64,000 nucleotides of DNA from assembly GCA_035366835.1 (NCBI GenBank), contig DAOSIS010000020.1, forward strand, positions 3,552-67,551, written 5' to 3'. Shown here piece by piece: positions 1-11,411 of the stretch. Made by a program: the position numbers and the translations under genes. The stretch's first letter is position 1, and every line of letters starts with the position of its first letter. The notes below the pieces were generated by a model. It ran no database searches. It saw only the letters and a list, made by a program, of their open reading frames with translations, and had not been told where the DNA came from. Source of the DNA: Syntrophales bacterium. GTDB lineage: Bacteria; Desulfobacterota; Syntrophia; Syntrophales; UBA6109.

Positions 1-65
1 CCCCCGCCGGGGTTGACCGCCGGGAAGAAGGAGGTGGAGGAAAAAACACACAAGGAGAAGAAAGT

Positions 66-875
66 ATGGCGATCGTATCGATGAAGTCGCTCCTGGAAGC
101 GGGAGTGCATTTCGGACACCAGACGAACAAGTGGAACCCGAAGATGAAACCCTATATCTTCGGGGCGCGCAACGGGATCTACATCATCGACCTTCAGCAG
201 ACCGTCGAGATGTTCCAGAAAGCGTACGCCTTCGTCATCGAGACCGTGGCGGAAGGCGGTGAGATCCTGTTCGTGGGGACGAAAAAACAGTCCCAGGAAT
301 CAATCCGCGAAGAGGCGGAGCGCTGCGGCATGCCCTATGTGAACCAGCGGTGGCTCGGCGGCATGCTGACCAACTTCACCACGATCAAGCGCAGCATCGA
401 TCGGCTGAACGAACTGGACAGGATGTTCGCCGACGACAGCATCAGCGTGTTTCCGAAGAAGGAGATCCTCGGGCTGCAGAAGGAGAAGGCCAAGCTGGAA
501 AAAATCCTGGGCGGTATCCGGCGGATCAAGGGGCTTCCCGCAGGCGTGTTCGTGGTCGATCCCAAGCGGGAGGACATCGCCATCCAGGAGGCCAGGAAAC
601 TGAAGGTCCCCGTTGTCGCCATCGTCGATACGAACTGCGATCCCGATCTGATCGATTACATCATCCCCGGCAACGACGACGCCATCCGCGCGATCAAGCT
701 GTTTTCCGCGAAGATCGCCGATGCCGTGCTGGAGGGGAAGAAGAGATTCGAAGAGCGGATCCAGGCGGAAAGCAACAAGGAAGCGGAGCAGAAGGCGGCC
801 GCGGCCGACAAGGAAGCCCCCGAGGGTGCGGCCGTCGCAGAGGATGTGCCTGAAGCCGAGGAACTGAAATCCTGA
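66..875 (+). CDS. rpsB: 30S ribosomal protein S2
   Basis: 269-aa ORF. The N-terminus [27 protein letters not shown] and the segment [10 protein letters not shown] are classic S2 sequence. It is the first gene of the conserved rpsB-tsf-pyrH-frr cluster. Confidence 0.97.
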   Translation: MAIVSMKSLLEAGVHFGHQTNKWNPKMKPYIFGARNGIYIIDLQQTVEMFQKAYAFVIETVAEGGEILFVGTKKQSQESIREEAERCGMPYVNQRWLGGMLTNFTTIKRSIDRLNELDRMFADDSISVFPKKEILGLQKEKAKLEKILGGIRRIKGLPAGVFVVDPKREDIAIQEARKLKVPVVAIVDTNCDPDLIDYIIPGNDDAIRAIKLFSAKIADAVLEGKKRFEERIQAESNKEAEQKAAAADKEAPEGAAVAEDVPEAEELKS

Positions 876-903
876 TGCGGGTGCGCTGCGCCAGCGAGAG
901 AAT

Positions 904-1524
904 ATGGAGGGACGGACATTGGAAATATCTGCATCGATGGTGAAGGAATTGCGGACGAAGACCGGCGCCGGCATGATGGACTGCAAGGAAGCGCTGAAGG
1001 ATTCCAACGGCGATTTCGAGAAGGCCATAGAATGCCTGCGGAAGAAGGGGATGTCGGCCGCCACGAAGAGGTCCTCCAAGGCGGCCAAGGACGGCACGGT
1101 GGCCTCCTATATTCACATGGGGGGCAGGATCGGCGTCCTCGTCGAAGTCAACTGCGAAACGGATTTCGTGGCGAAGACCGCCGATTTTCAGACCATGGCC
1201 AGGGACATCGCCATGCATGTAGCGGCCTCCAATCCGCGTTTCGTCCGCCCCGAGGACATCCCGGCGGACGTTCTGGAGAGCGAGAAGGGGATCTACCGGA
1301 GCCAGGCCGCCCAGGAGGGGAAACCCGAGAAGATCTGGGACCGGATCGTGGAGGGGAAACTGAAGAAGTATTACGAGGAAGTCTGCCTCACGGAACAGAA
1401 ATTCATCAAGAACCAGGACATCACGGTCGGGGACCTGGTCAAGGAATTGATCGCGAAGACCGGAGAGAACATCGTGATCCGCCGGTTTGCCCGGTTCCAG
1501 CTGGGCGAAGAAATCAAGCAATAG
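904..1524 (+). CDS. tsf: Elongation factor Ts (short, about 200-aa form)
   Basis: [20 protein letters not shown] is the EF-Ts UBA-like N-terminus, and the gene directly follows rpsB. The start is ambiguous between ATG 904 and TTG 919 (the latter preceded by GGAGGG). Confidence 0.94.
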   Translation: MEGRTLEISASMVKELRTKTGAGMMDCKEALKDSNGDFEKAIECLRKKGMSAATKRSSKAAKDGTVASYIHMGGRIGVLVEVNCETDFVAKTADFQTMARDIAMHVAASNPRFVRPEDIPADVLESEKGIYRSQAAQEGKPEKIWDRIVEGKLKKYYEEVCLTEQKFIKNQDITVGDLVKELIAKTGENIVIRRFARFQLGEEIKQ

Positions 1525-1549
1525 CGTTCCGCCGGAAAGCGGGCGAAGC

Positions 1550-2299
1550 ATGCCTCCCAAGCGAAAAAGCGCCGAGAAGGAAGTCCCCGTCTACCGCCGC
1601 GTATTGCTCAAATTGAGCGGCGAGGCCCTGATGGGGAGGCGCGCCTCCGGAATCGACCCCGACATCGCCGCGGGCGTCTCCGCGCAGATTGCGGAGGTCG
1701 CGAAGCTCGGGGTTCAACTGGGCGTCGTCGTCGGCGGCGGCAACATCTTCCGCGGCATCGAGGCGGGTGCGCAGGGTATCGACCGCACCGTCGCGGATCA
1801 TATGGGCATGCTGGCAACGGTGATCAACAGCCTTGCCCTGCAGAGCGCCCTGGAGCGCGATGGGGTCGTGACGAGGGTGATGACGGCCATCGAGATGCGC
1901 GAAGTGGCCGAGCCCTATATTCATCGCCGCGCCGTCCGTCACCTCGAAAAGGGGAGAGTGGTCATCTTCGCGGGCGGGACGGGCAACCCCTATTTCACCA
2001 CCGATACGGCGGCGACCCTCCGGGCGGCGGAGATCAAGGCCGAGGTTCTTCTCAAGGCCACGAAGGTCGACGGCGTTTTCGATCAGGACCCGGTCCGGAA
2101 TCCGAAGGCCGTGCGGTTCCGCCACATCGCCTACACGGACGTCCTGACGCGCAACCTCAAGGTGATGGACGCCACGGCGATCTCTCTGTGCCGGGACAAC
2201 GCCATCCCGATCGTGGTTTTCAATCTGCAGGTTCCCGGGAACATCCGCCGCGTCATCTGCGGACAGCCCGTGGGAACCCGCGTGGGAGGAGCGACATGA
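1550..2299 (+). CDS. pyrH: UMP kinase
   Basis: [21 protein letters not shown] and FTTDTAA are amino-acid-kinase/PyrH motifs. I chose the internal ATG at 1550 because the ORF-track start at 1487 would overlap tsf. Confidence 0.93.
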   Translation: MPPKRKSAEKEVPVYRRVLLKLSGEALMGRRASGIDPDIAAGVSAQIAEVAKLGVQLGVVVGGGNIFRGIEAGAQGIDRTVADHMGMLATVINSLALQSALERDGVVTRVMTAIEMREVAEPYIHRRAVRHLEKGRVVIFAGGTGNPYFTTDTAATLRAAEIKAEVLLKATKVDGVFDQDPVRNPKAVRFRHIAYTDVLTRNLKVMDATAISLCRDNAIPIVVFNLQVPGNIRRVICGQPVGTRVGGAT

Positions 2300-2853
2300 A
2301 GGAACTGGTGTTCGAGGAATTGAAAGAGTCCATGGACAAGGTCGTTTCCTCGTTCGAGAAGAGCCTGAGCAAGGTCAGGACGGGAAGGGCTTCGGTGTCC
2401 CTGCTCGACGGCATCAAGGTCGAGTACTACGGCACGCCGACGCCGCTCAATCAGATGGCGTCGCTTTCCGTTCCGGAGAGCCGACTCATCGTGATCACGC
2501 CCTGGGACGCGAGCGTAATCGGCGGTATCGAAAAGGCCATCCAGAAGTCCGACCTGGGTCTCATGCCGACGACGGACGGGAAGGTGGTCCGCATCGCCAT
2601 CCCGGCATTGACGGAAGAGCGCCGGAAGGATCTGGTGAAGCTGGTCCGGAAGATGGCCGAGGAATGCAAGATCAAGCTGCGCAACGCGCGACGCGACGCA
2701 AACGAACAGCTCAAGGAGCTGAAGAAGGACAACGAAATGTCGGAGGATGAACTGTACGCCTCCCAGGAGGACGTCCAGAAGACCACCGACAGGTACATCG
2801 AAAAGACGGACAAGATCCTCGCCGCCAAGGAGAAGGAGATCATGGAGATCTGA
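2296..2853 (+). CDS. frr: Ribosome recycling factor
   Basis: The product MKELVFEEL...[21 protein letters not shown]...[17 protein letters not shown] is typical RRF. ATG 2296 overlaps the pyrH stop (ATGA). Confidence 0.95.
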   Translation: MKELVFEELKESMDKVVSSFEKSLSKVRTGRASVSLLDGIKVEYYGTPTPLNQMASLSVPESRLIVITPWDASVIGGIEKAIQKSDLGLMPTTDGKVVRIAIPALTEERRKDLVKLVRKMAEECKIKLRNARRDANEQLKELKKDNEMSEDELYASQEDVQKTTDRYIEKTDKILAAKEKEIMEI

Positions 2854-2879
2854 AGGGGATCGCGGGCGGATTTTTCGGG

Positions 2880-2910
2880 CAGGGGGGCCTTCGGGCTCCC
2901 CTGTTTTTTT
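2880..2910 (+). terminator. Rho-independent terminator after frr
   Basis: CAGGGGGGCC-TTCG-GGCTCCCCTG forms a 10-bp stem (one G.U pair) with a UUCG tetraloop, followed by T7. Confidence 0.78.
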
Positions 2911-2951
2911 CCGTTGCGCGATGCCGCCGGAGGCCGGCCGGGGCGGCTTCC

Positions 2952-2980
2952 TTGAAAATCGGCCGACCCTATGCTAGCTT
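2952..2980 (+). promoter_or_regulatory. Sigma70-like promoter candidate upstream of uppS
   Basis: TTGAAA-N17-TAGCTT lies 34 nt upstream of the uppS ATG and just after the frr terminator. Confidence 0.45.
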
Positions 2981-3013
2981 GGATGCGACATTTCGCAAAG
3001 GCAGGAGCAAAGG

Positions 3014-3760
3014 ATGCGTCAAGCGCTGGACAAAGACCGGGGAAGCCTGCCCCGACATATCGCGATCATCATGGACGGCAACGGCCGCTGGGCCAAGCAG
3101 CATACCCTGGGGCGGATCGCCGGCCACCGCGAAGGAGCGGAATCGGTGCGCGTTGCGGTCCGCGAATGCCGCCGCATCGGCATCCGCTATCTGACGCTGT
3201 ATGCTTTTTCCATGGAGAACTGGTCCCGGCCGAAGAGGGAAGTGGAGGCGCTGCAGGCCCTTCTGGATCAGTACCTGCAGAAGGAAGTTCCGGAGATGCT
3301 GAAGAACGGGATCCGCCTGCTGACCATCGGCGACACGGCCAGGCTGAAGCCTTCCGTCCGCGAGACCCTGGCGCAGGCCGTGGAAGCCACGGCCTGCAAC
3401 GACGACATGACCCTTGTCCTCGCCTTGAGTTACGGCGGCCGCGACGAGATCGCCGAGGCGGCGCGGAGAATCGCCGCGGATGTGAAGCACGGCGACCTCC
3501 AGCCCGGGGACATCACCAAGGAGCGGTTCGCCTCCTACTTGTACACGGCCGACATCCCGGATCCGGATCTCCTGATCCGGACAAGCGGCGAGTACCGTCT
3601 CAGCAATTTCCTCCTCTGGCAGATGGCCTATACGGAATTTCATTTCACGGACGTCCTGTGGCCGGACTTCCGGGAGGAGCAGCTGAGGAAGGCGATCGAA
3701 GACTACCGCCGGCGGGAGCGGCGGTTCGGACGGACGAGCGACCAGCTGCGCAAGGACTGA
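3014..3760 (+). CDS. uppS: Undecaprenyl diphosphate synthase
   Basis: HIAIIMDGNGRWA, LTLYAFSMENW and IRTSGEYRLSNFLLWQ are cis-prenyltransferase signatures. Confidence 0.95.
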   Translation: MRQALDKDRGSLPRHIAIIMDGNGRWAKQHTLGRIAGHREGAESVRVAVRECRRIGIRYLTLYAFSMENWSRPKREVEALQALLDQYLQKEVPEMLKNGIRLLTIGDTARLKPSVRETLAQAVEATACNDDMTLVLALSYGGRDEIAEAARRIAADVKHGDLQPGDITKERFASYLYTADIPDPDLLIRTSGEYRLSNFLLWQMAYTEFHFTDVLWPDFREEQLRKAIEDYRRRERRFGRTSDQLRKD

Positions 3761-3766
3761 CAGGCC

Positions 3767-4572
3767 ATGATGAACCCACATCTCAAGAGGTGGATCACGG
3801 GAATCGTCGCCGTTCCGGTCCTGTTCTGCGTTGTGTACTTCGGCACGGAAGAAGCGTTCGCGATCCTGATTCTCCTGGCGGCGCTTGCCGGTGTTTTCGA
3901 GTACGGCGCCATCGTCTTCGGAGCGGGAAAGGGAAGGGAGAGAGGGGAGCTGTTCTTTTTCGGCGCCGTTCTCCTGCTGGCGGCGGCGGCCGGCGACCGG
4001 GAACTCCTGCTTGCCGTCGTGGCCCTGTCGGTGCCGGGCGTGTTTATTCTCGATCTGTTTTCGGCCCGGACCGGGTCCTTCGACATGGGTGCGACGGCGA
4101 AAACGGTCCTGGGGATCGTCTATGTCCCGCTCCTGATGTCGCACTTCATCTTCCTGCGCCGGGAAGAGCAGGGCGTGCTGTGGATCTTCTTTGTCCTCGT
4201 GCTCGCCTTTTCGGGGGACATCGCCGCCTTTTACGTGGGACGAAAGTTCGGACGGCGGAAACTGCTGCCGTCCGTCAGTCCCGGCAAGACCGTCGAGGGA
4301 ATTCTGGGGCTCGTCGCCGGAAGCTTGGCCGGCTGCCTCCTCTTCCGGTGGCTTTTCTTTCCCGTACTGCCCGTGCTCCATGCCGCCGTCCTTGCCGCCG
4401 TCGGCGGCATCGTCGGGCAGCTGGGCGATCTGTCGGAATCGGCCTTGAAACGGTCGGCGGGCGTCAAGGATTCCGGCGCGATCCTGCCGGGCCATGGCGG
4501 CATCCTGGATCGTTTGGACTGCCTGCTGTTCCTTGTCCCCTTCGTGTACTACTATCAGCGGTTCGTGATCCC

Positions 4573-4576
<4 letters not shown>
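3767..4576 (+). CDS. cdsA: Phosphatidate cytidylyltransferase
   Basis: Polytopic membrane ORF with the C-terminal CTP-transferase motif SALKRSAGVKDSGAILPGHGGILDRLD. It sits in the conserved position between uppS and dxr. Confidence 0.9.
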
Positions 4577-5757
<1,181 letters not shown>

Positions 5758-5776
5758 ATCGGGAGTCGGCATCATC

Positions 5777-6883
5777 ATGGGTTTGAGCATCCTGTCGGTC
5801 ATCGTTCTCCTGGGCGTCCTGATCTTCGCACACGAACTCGGGCACTTCCTCGTTGCCAAGTATGCGGGTGTAGGCGTCCTGAAATTTTCGCTCGGCTTCG
5901 GGCCGCGCGTCGCCGGAAAGAAGTGGGGGGAAACGGAATACGTGCTCTCCCTCATCCCCCTCGGCGGGTATGTGAAACTCCTCGGAGAATCCGACGACGA
6001 AGAGCTTGCCGAAGAGGACCGGAAGCGCTCCTTTCTCCGCCAATCGGTCTGGGTCCGGAGCGCCATCGTCGCAGCGGGGCCGATTTTCAACTTCCTGCTG
6101 GCGATCCTGATCTTCTTCGTCGTCTTCATGGCGGGCGTTCCCGAACTGACGAGCGTCATCGGCACCGTCCAGAAGGAATCGGCTGCGGAGCAGGCGGGAC
6201 TGCGGGAGGGCGACACGATCACGGCGATCGACGGCATCGCGATCGACCGCTGGAACCGGCTTGCGGAGATGGTCGCCGGAAGCGGGGGCAAGACGCTGAC
6301 CCTGACGGTCCGGCGCGGCGAAGGCGTGCTGGACTTCCGGGTGCATCCCCGGGAGGTCAAGGCGCGGAACGTCTTCGGAGAGGAGATCCCCACCTACAAG
6401 ATCGGCATCTCGCCCTCCAAAGAAGGGGTCGTCATCGAGCGGAAGAATCCCCTGGCCGCCTTCTGGGGAAGCCTCGTCCACACCTGGACGATCACGAAGC
6501 TGACGTTTCTGAGCATCGTCAAGCTCGTTCAAGGAGTCCTCTCCCCGCGAACGCTGGGCGGCCCGATCATGATCGCGCAGCTTGCGGGATCCCAGGTCAA
6601 GGAAGGGCTGGTTCCGTTCCTCCTCTTCATGGCGCTCCTGAGCATCAACCTGGCCGTTCTCAACCTGCTGCCGATCCCGGTTCTGGACGGCGGGCACCTG
6701 CTCTTCTTCCTCGTCGAACTCGTGAAGGGCAGCGAGATCAACGTCCGCTGGCGGGAAGGCGCCCAGCAGGTCGGTCTAGTCGTCCTCATCCTGCTCATGA
6801 TTTTCGTCGTCATCATGGATGTGGAACGTCTGAACATCCCCTTTTTCAACGAAATCGGAAAATTCTTCACGGGCGGGGAGTGA
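5777..6883 (+). CDS. rseP: RIP metalloprotease RseP (site-2 protease) with a PDZ domain
   Basis: FAHELGHFLVAKY contains the HExxH motif. There is a central PDZ-like segment, and the C-terminal NLLPIPVLDGGH motif is present. Confidence 0.92.
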   Translation: MGLSILSVIVLLGVLIFAHELGHFLVAKYAGVGVLKFSLGFGPRVAGKKWGETEYVLSLIPLGGYVKLLGESDDEELAEEDRKRSFLRQSVWVRSAIVAAGPIFNFLLAILIFFVVFMAGVPELTSVIGTVQKESAAEQAGLREGDTITAIDGIAIDRWNRLAEMVAGSGGKTLTLTVRRGEGVLDFRVHPREVKARNVFGEEIPTYKIGISPSKEGVVIERKNPLAAFWGSLVHTWTITKLTFLSIVKLVQGVLSPRTLGGPIMIAQLAGSQVKEGLVPFLLFMALLSINLAVLNLLPIPVLDGGHLLFFLVELVKGSEINVRWREGAQQVGLVVLILLMIFVVIMDVERLNIPFFNEIGKFFTGGE

Positions 6884-7626
6884 TGCGGATCCTGGCGATG
6901 GACAGCGCCGTCGGCAGCGTCTCCGCGGCGGTTCTCGAAGATGAACGGGTGCTGGCGGAAGGGACCTCGAATGCGGGACGGAACGCCTCCACCGATCTCC
7001 TGCCGATGGTGGCATTTGTACTGCGGACCGCGGGGGTCCGGATCGGAGATGTCGATCTGATCGCCTGCACCGAAGGGCCGGGATCGTTTACGGGCCTCCG
7101 CATCGGCATCGCCACGGCCAAAGGACTGGCCCTCGCGGCCGGGAAACCCTTGGTCGGCGTCTCTTCCCTGGAGGCCCTGGCGTGCAATCCGGCGCGTCCC
7201 GGCGTGACGATCTGTCCCATGATCGATGCCCGGCGAAACCAGGTGTATGCGGCCCTGTTCGGCGCGGACGACCGGGGAAACCTCCAGCGGATCCGTCCGG
7301 ACGAGCTTGCCGACCTGGCGTGCTGCCTGAGGGGGCTTGTCGGGGAGGTCGTCTTCGTGGGCAGCGGCGCCGCCCGCTATGCAGGAGATATCCGTCGGCT
7401 GCTGTCGCCGGCTGCAGTGTTTGCTTCCGATCATCACCATCTCATCCGCGCCTCCGCCGTCGGCCGTCTGGGGCTCCGGAACTACCGTCAGCAGGGAGCC
7501 GTGGAACCGGTCCGTTTCATGCCCCGATATCTCCGCACCTCCGATGCGGAGGGGAAAATGGCCCGGAGGGCTGACGACGTACGAACGCCTGATAAATGCA
7601 CAGGAAAACGGGATCCGGAGTGTTGA
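6883..7626 (+). CDS. tsaB: tRNA threonylcarbamoyladenosine biosynthesis protein TsaB
   Basis: MRILAMDSAVGSVSAAVL and EGPGSFTGLRIGIATAKGLA show the Kae1/TsaD-like fold without metal ligands. The ATG overlaps the rseP stop. Confidence 0.85.
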   Translation: MRILAMDSAVGSVSAAVLEDERVLAEGTSNAGRNASTDLLPMVAFVLRTAGVRIGDVDLIACTEGPGSFTGLRIGIATAKGLALAAGKPLVGVSSLEALACNPARPGVTICPMIDARRNQVYAALFGADDRGNLQRIRPDELADLACCLRGLVGEVVFVGSGAARYAGDIRRLLSPAAVFASDHHHLIRASAVGRLGLRNYRQQGAVEPVRFMPRYLRTSDAEGKMARRADDVRTPDKCTGKRDPEC

Positions 7627-7651
7627 CAAGCCCGGCAAATTGAGCTAAGTT
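7623..7651 (+). promoter_or_regulatory. Sigma70-like promoter candidate upstream of psd
   Basis: GTG-TTGACA-N17-TAAGTT. It shares flanking 9-mers with the candidate at 19099 (see findings). Confidence 0.5.
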
Positions 7652-7753
7652 CGCAGCCGTTGCAGACGACCGCCACGGGAGGGGAGGAGGCAGCCTGATC
7701 CAGGAACGGACGAACCGGCCGGCCACGGGCTGGTATTTTCCGGTTTCGACCTG

Positions 7754-8422
7754 ATGAAGGTGGTCCGCGAAGAGGGCTATATGAGGCATGAAAGCATGAT
7801 CGTGCCCGAGGGACTTTCGTTTATCGTCCCCCTTGCGGTCGCCGTCGCTGTCGCCTTTTTTTATGACATCCATATCCTCGCGGTCTTCCTGTTGCTTCTC
7901 CTGCTCTTCGTCGTGAATTTCTTCCGCAATCCGGAGCGTGTCTTCCAGGGGGAAGAGCGTGCGCTCCTCTCACCGGCGGACGGTCGGGTGATTCGCGTGG
8001 ACGATGAAGCGTCCCATGAGCTTCTCGATGAATCCTGCCGGAAAATCAGCATTTTCATGAATGTATTCAATGTTCACGTGAACCGCGCGCCCTGTTCCGG
8101 GGTGATCGAATCGATCCGCTACAAGAAGGGGGAGTTTCTGTCGGCCGGCAAGGATGCCGCTTCGGAGCAGAACGAAAAGAACGCCGTCGTCATCCGGACC
8201 GGCGGAGGAAGGAAGCTCGTGACGGTCCAGGTCGCGGGTCTGATCGCCCGCAGGATCGTCTGTTGGGTGAAAGAAGGGATGGAAGTCCGGAAGGGGGAGC
8301 GATTCGGCATGATCCGTTTCGGCTCCAGGCTTGACGTCTTCCTGCCCCGGGATGCATCCGTATCCGTCAAGGTCGGAGACAAGGTCCGGGCGGGAGAAAC
8401 CCCGATAGGATACTGGCCATGA
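7754..8422 (+). CDS. psd: Phosphatidylserine decarboxylase proenzyme (short, archaeal-type)
   Basis: GERFGMIRFGSRLDVFLP contains the G-S self-cleavage site. The gene is immediately upstream of pssA and overlaps it. The start is uncertain among ATG 7754, 7781 and 7796. Confidence 0.87.
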   Translation: MKVVREEGYMRHESMIVPEGLSFIVPLAVAVAVAFFYDIHILAVFLLLLLLFVVNFFRNPERVFQGEERALLSPADGRVIRVDDEASHELLDESCRKISIFMNVFNVHVNRAPCSGVIESIRYKKGEFLSAGKDAASEQNEKNAVVIRTGGGRKLVTVQVAGLIARRIVCWVKEGMEVRKGERFGMIRFGSRLDVFLPRDASVSVKVGDKVRAGETPIGYWP

Positions 8423-9204
8423 GAGAAAAAGGATCGTTGCGGAGCGGCAGGATGGGGAAAGGCATCTATATCCTCCCCAATCTTTTTACGACGGCAAGTC
8501 TCTTCTGCGGTTTCTATGCGGCCGTCGCCTCCATGAAGGGATTGTTCGAGATCGCGGCCGTCAACATCATGTTTTCCGCCGTACTGGACGGCCTCGACGG
8601 CAGGATCGCCCGGATGACCAATACGACGAGCAAGTTCGGGTCGGAATACGACTCCCTTTGCGACGTCATCGCCTTCGGCGTTGCGCCGGGCCTGCTCGCC
8701 TACAACTGGGCGTTGGGGTCATTCGGAAAGTGGGGATGGATCGCAGCCTTTCTCTTCGTTGCCTGCGGAGCGCTGCGTCTGGCGCGTTTCAACGTCCAGA
8801 TCGGCACCATCGACAGCAAGGTATTCAACGGCCTGCCGATTCCGGCTGCGGCGGCCATGGTGGCGACGAGCGTCCTCCTTTACTTTCAATGCGGCGGGGA
8901 AGGGACCTTTCCCCATCCCGTCATTCCGGTGATCGTCGTCGCCCTTGCGCTCCTCATGGTGAGCAACGTCAAGTTCTACAGCTTCAAGGACCTGAATTTC
9001 TTCGCCCGGAAGCCTTTCATGTCGCTCGTCCTGATCGTGCTGATCCTGGTGATCATCGTCGCCGAACCGCAGATCATGATCTTCACGTTCATGGCCGGAT
9101 ATTGTCTTTCCGGTCCGGTATGGACGCTCTACAAGCTGGTGAAGAAATCGGCGGAGAAACTCAGGGAGAAGAGGGATCCGTCCCCGAAACAGATCTTCCT
9201 GTAA
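8419..9204 (+). CDS. pssA: CDP-diacylglycerol--serine O-phosphatidyltransferase
   Basis: The CDP-alcohol phosphatidyltransferase motif DGLDGRIARMTNTTSKFGSEYDSLCD is present, and the protein is polytopic. Confidence 0.9.
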   Translation: MREKGSLRSGRMGKGIYILPNLFTTASLFCGFYAAVASMKGLFEIAAVNIMFSAVLDGLDGRIARMTNTTSKFGSEYDSLCDVIAFGVAPGLLAYNWALGSFGKWGWIAAFLFVACGALRLARFNVQIGTIDSKVFNGLPIPAAAAMVATSVLLYFQCGGEGTFPHPVIPVIVVALALLMVSNVKFYSFKDLNFFARKPFMSLVLIVLILVIIVAEPQIMIFTFMAGYCLSGPVWTLYKLVKKSAEKLREKRDPSPKQIFL

Positions 9205-9284
9205 CCGTTCGGGAGTACGAAAAAACGGGGCGGGCCGATGTTTCCGGCACGCCGCGAGAAACCAACAAGGCGGTGAAACGGACT

Positions 9285-10301
9285 ATGAGGACGTACAGTG
9301 TCGCGGTCGTTGGCGCTACGGGCGCCGTGGGTAACGAGATGATCAAGGTCCTGGAACAGCGCAATTTCCCGGTGGGGAAGTTGACGCTCCTCGCATCCGC
9401 GCGTTCGGTCGGGAAGAAGCTGAAGTACAAGGGCGCGGAAATCGAGGTCCGGGAGCTGAAAGAGGATTCCTTCGCCGGCATCGAGATCGGTCTTTTCTCC
9501 GCCGGCGGCGGCATCAGCACGAAGTTCGCGCCGATTGCGGCCAGCGCAGGGTGCGTCGTGGTGGACAACACGAACGCGTTCCGCATGGATCCGGATATCC
9601 CGCTGGTCGTTCCCGAGGTCAACGACGGAGCGATCGCCCACTACAAGAACCGGGGAATCATCGCCAATCCGAACTGCTCCACGATCCAGATGGTCGTCGC
9701 CCTGAAGCCGATCCATGATGCCGCGGGAATCAAGCGGGTGGTCGTGTCCACCTATCAGTCCGTTTCGGGGACGGGGAAGAAGGCGATTGAGGAACTCGAG
9801 CTGCAGAGCAGGGCCATCCTGAGCGGCCAGAAGCCGGTGGTCAAGGTATACCCCTATCAGATCGCCTTCAACTGCCTGCCCCACATCGACATCTTCCTGG
9901 ACAACGGATACTGCCGGGAAGAGATGAAGATGGTCAACGAGACGAAGAAGATCATGAATGATCCTTCCATCGGCGTGACGGCGACGACGGTCCGTGTGCC
10001 CGTCTTCTTCAGTCATTCGGAATCCGTCAACGTCGAGACGCGCAGGAAGATCACGGCGGCGCAGGTGCGGGAGCTGCTGGCCAAGGCGCCGGGCGTGAAG
10101 GTGGTGGACGACCTGAAGGAACGGAAGTATCCGCTCGCCATCGATGCCGCCGGCCGGGACGAGACCTTCGTCGGGAGGATCCGCGAGGACGAATCCATTC
10201 CGAACGGCATCAATCTGTGGATCGTCGCCGACAATATCCGCAAGGGGGCGGCGCTCAACGCCGTTCAGATCGCCGAGATTCTTATTTCGAAGTACCTATG
10301 A
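9285..10301 (+). CDS. asd: Aspartate-semialdehyde dehydrogenase
   Basis: VAVVGATGAVGNEM is the NAD(P)-binding motif. IANPNCSTIQMV contains the active-site Cys. VRVPVFFSHSESV is also present. Confidence 0.95.
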   Translation: MRTYSVAVVGATGAVGNEMIKVLEQRNFPVGKLTLLASARSVGKKLKYKGAEIEVRELKEDSFAGIEIGLFSAGGGISTKFAPIAASAGCVVVDNTNAFRMDPDIPLVVPEVNDGAIAHYKNRGIIANPNCSTIQMVVALKPIHDAAGIKRVVVSTYQSVSGTGKKAIEELELQSRAILSGQKPVVKVYPYQIAFNCLPHIDIFLDNGYCREEMKMVNETKKIMNDPSIGVTATTVRVPVFFSHSESVNVETRRKITAAQVRELLAKAPGVKVVDDLKERKYPLAIDAAGRDETFVGRIREDESIPNGINLWIVADNIRKGAALNAVQIAEILISKYL

Positions 10302-10849
10302 GGATCATCGGCGGCGAGGCGCGTGGAAGGATCATCCGCATCCCGAAGGGATGCCGCCTTCGACCCACGTCGGACATGGTGAGGGAGGCGCTCTTCAACA
10401 TCCTTCCCCCCGTGACGGGCGGTTCCTTCCTCGATCTCTTCGCCGGCTGCGGAACCGTAGGTCTGGAGGCCGCAAGCCGGGGGGCCGCCCGCAGCCTGCT
10501 CGTCGAGAAGGATCCGCTCCTGGCGAAGGCCATCCGTGCCTCCGCCGAGGGTCTCGGGCTGGCCGGACGGACGGAAGTCATGGCGGCGGAAGCGGAGAGG
10601 GCGATTCTGCTGCTCTCCGCACGGGGAGAACGTTTCGATTTTGTCTTCATCGATCCACCCTATGAGAGAGGTTTGATCGAACCGACGCTGGAGAGAATCG
10701 CCTCGGGGAATCTACTGGCTCAAGCTGGATTTGCGATCGTTCAACATGCGGCAGGGGAAGGCGTACAAACGGATTCGATCGGCGGAATCGTCCTCAGGGA
10801 TCAGAGAAGGTACGGCAACACCCTCTTGTCATTCTGGCAGGGAGCGTAA
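10298..10849 (+). CDS. rsmD: 16S rRNA (guanine966-N2)-methyltransferase
   Basis: MRIIGGEARGR, DLFAGCGTVGLEAASRGA and FIDPPY are RsmD motifs. The ATG overlaps the asd stop, and the rsmD-coaD pairing is conserved. Confidence 0.88.
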   Translation: MRIIGGEARGRIIRIPKGCRLRPTSDMVREALFNILPPVTGGSFLDLFAGCGTVGLEAASRGAARSLLVEKDPLLAKAIRASAEGLGLAGRTEVMAAEAERAILLLSARGERFDFVFIDPPYERGLIEPTLERIASGNLLAQAGFAIVQHAAGEGVQTDSIGGIVLRDQRRYGNTLLSFWQGA

Positions 10850-10895
10850 TCCGATGGCCGAGCGCAATTCGATCGAAAAAGCGAAAGAGAGGGCT

Positions 10896-11378
10896 ATGCG
10901 AAGGATTGCCGTATACCCCGGGTCATTCGATCCCATCACCAACGGCCACGTCGACATCATCAAGAGGGGATTGACGATGTTCGACCAGCTGATCGTGCTG
11001 ATCGCGTACAACGCGAACAAGCAGGCCCTCTTCACGGTGGAGGAGCGGATCGCCATGATCCGCGAGGTGGTCAAGGACATGGACCACGTTGTCGTGGACA
11101 GCTCCCCGGGGCTTCTGGTCGACTATGTCAAGAGCGTCGGCGGCAGCGTGATCCTTCGCGGGCTCCGGGCGCTTTCGGATTTCGAGTACGAGTTTCAGCT
11201 GGCCCTCATCAATCGGAAGCTGAACCGGGACATCGAGACCGTCTTCCTCATGACAGGGTACAAATGGTTCTACACCAGTTCGAAAATCATCAAGGAAGCG
11301 GCGAGTCTCGGCGGGTCCGTCAAGGGGCTCGTGCCGGAGATCGTCTATCAGAAACTGCAGGCGAAATACGAAGGATGA
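10896..11378 (+). CDS. coaD: Phosphopantetheine adenylyltransferase
   Basis: RIAVYPGSFDPITNGHVDII and RGLRALSDFEYE are CoaD motifs. I chose the internal ATG at 10896, giving a typical 160-aa length. Confidence 0.93.
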   Translation: MRRIAVYPGSFDPITNGHVDIIKRGLTMFDQLIVLIAYNANKQALFTVEERIAMIREVVKDMDHVVVDSSPGLLVDYVKSVGGSVILRGLRALSDFEYEFQLALINRKLNRDIETVFLMTGYKWFYTSSKIIKEAASLGGSVKGLVPEIVYQKLQAKYEG

Positions 11379-11411
11379 GGATTTCGGAAGAGCAGCGCAA
11401 GGAGGACACCG

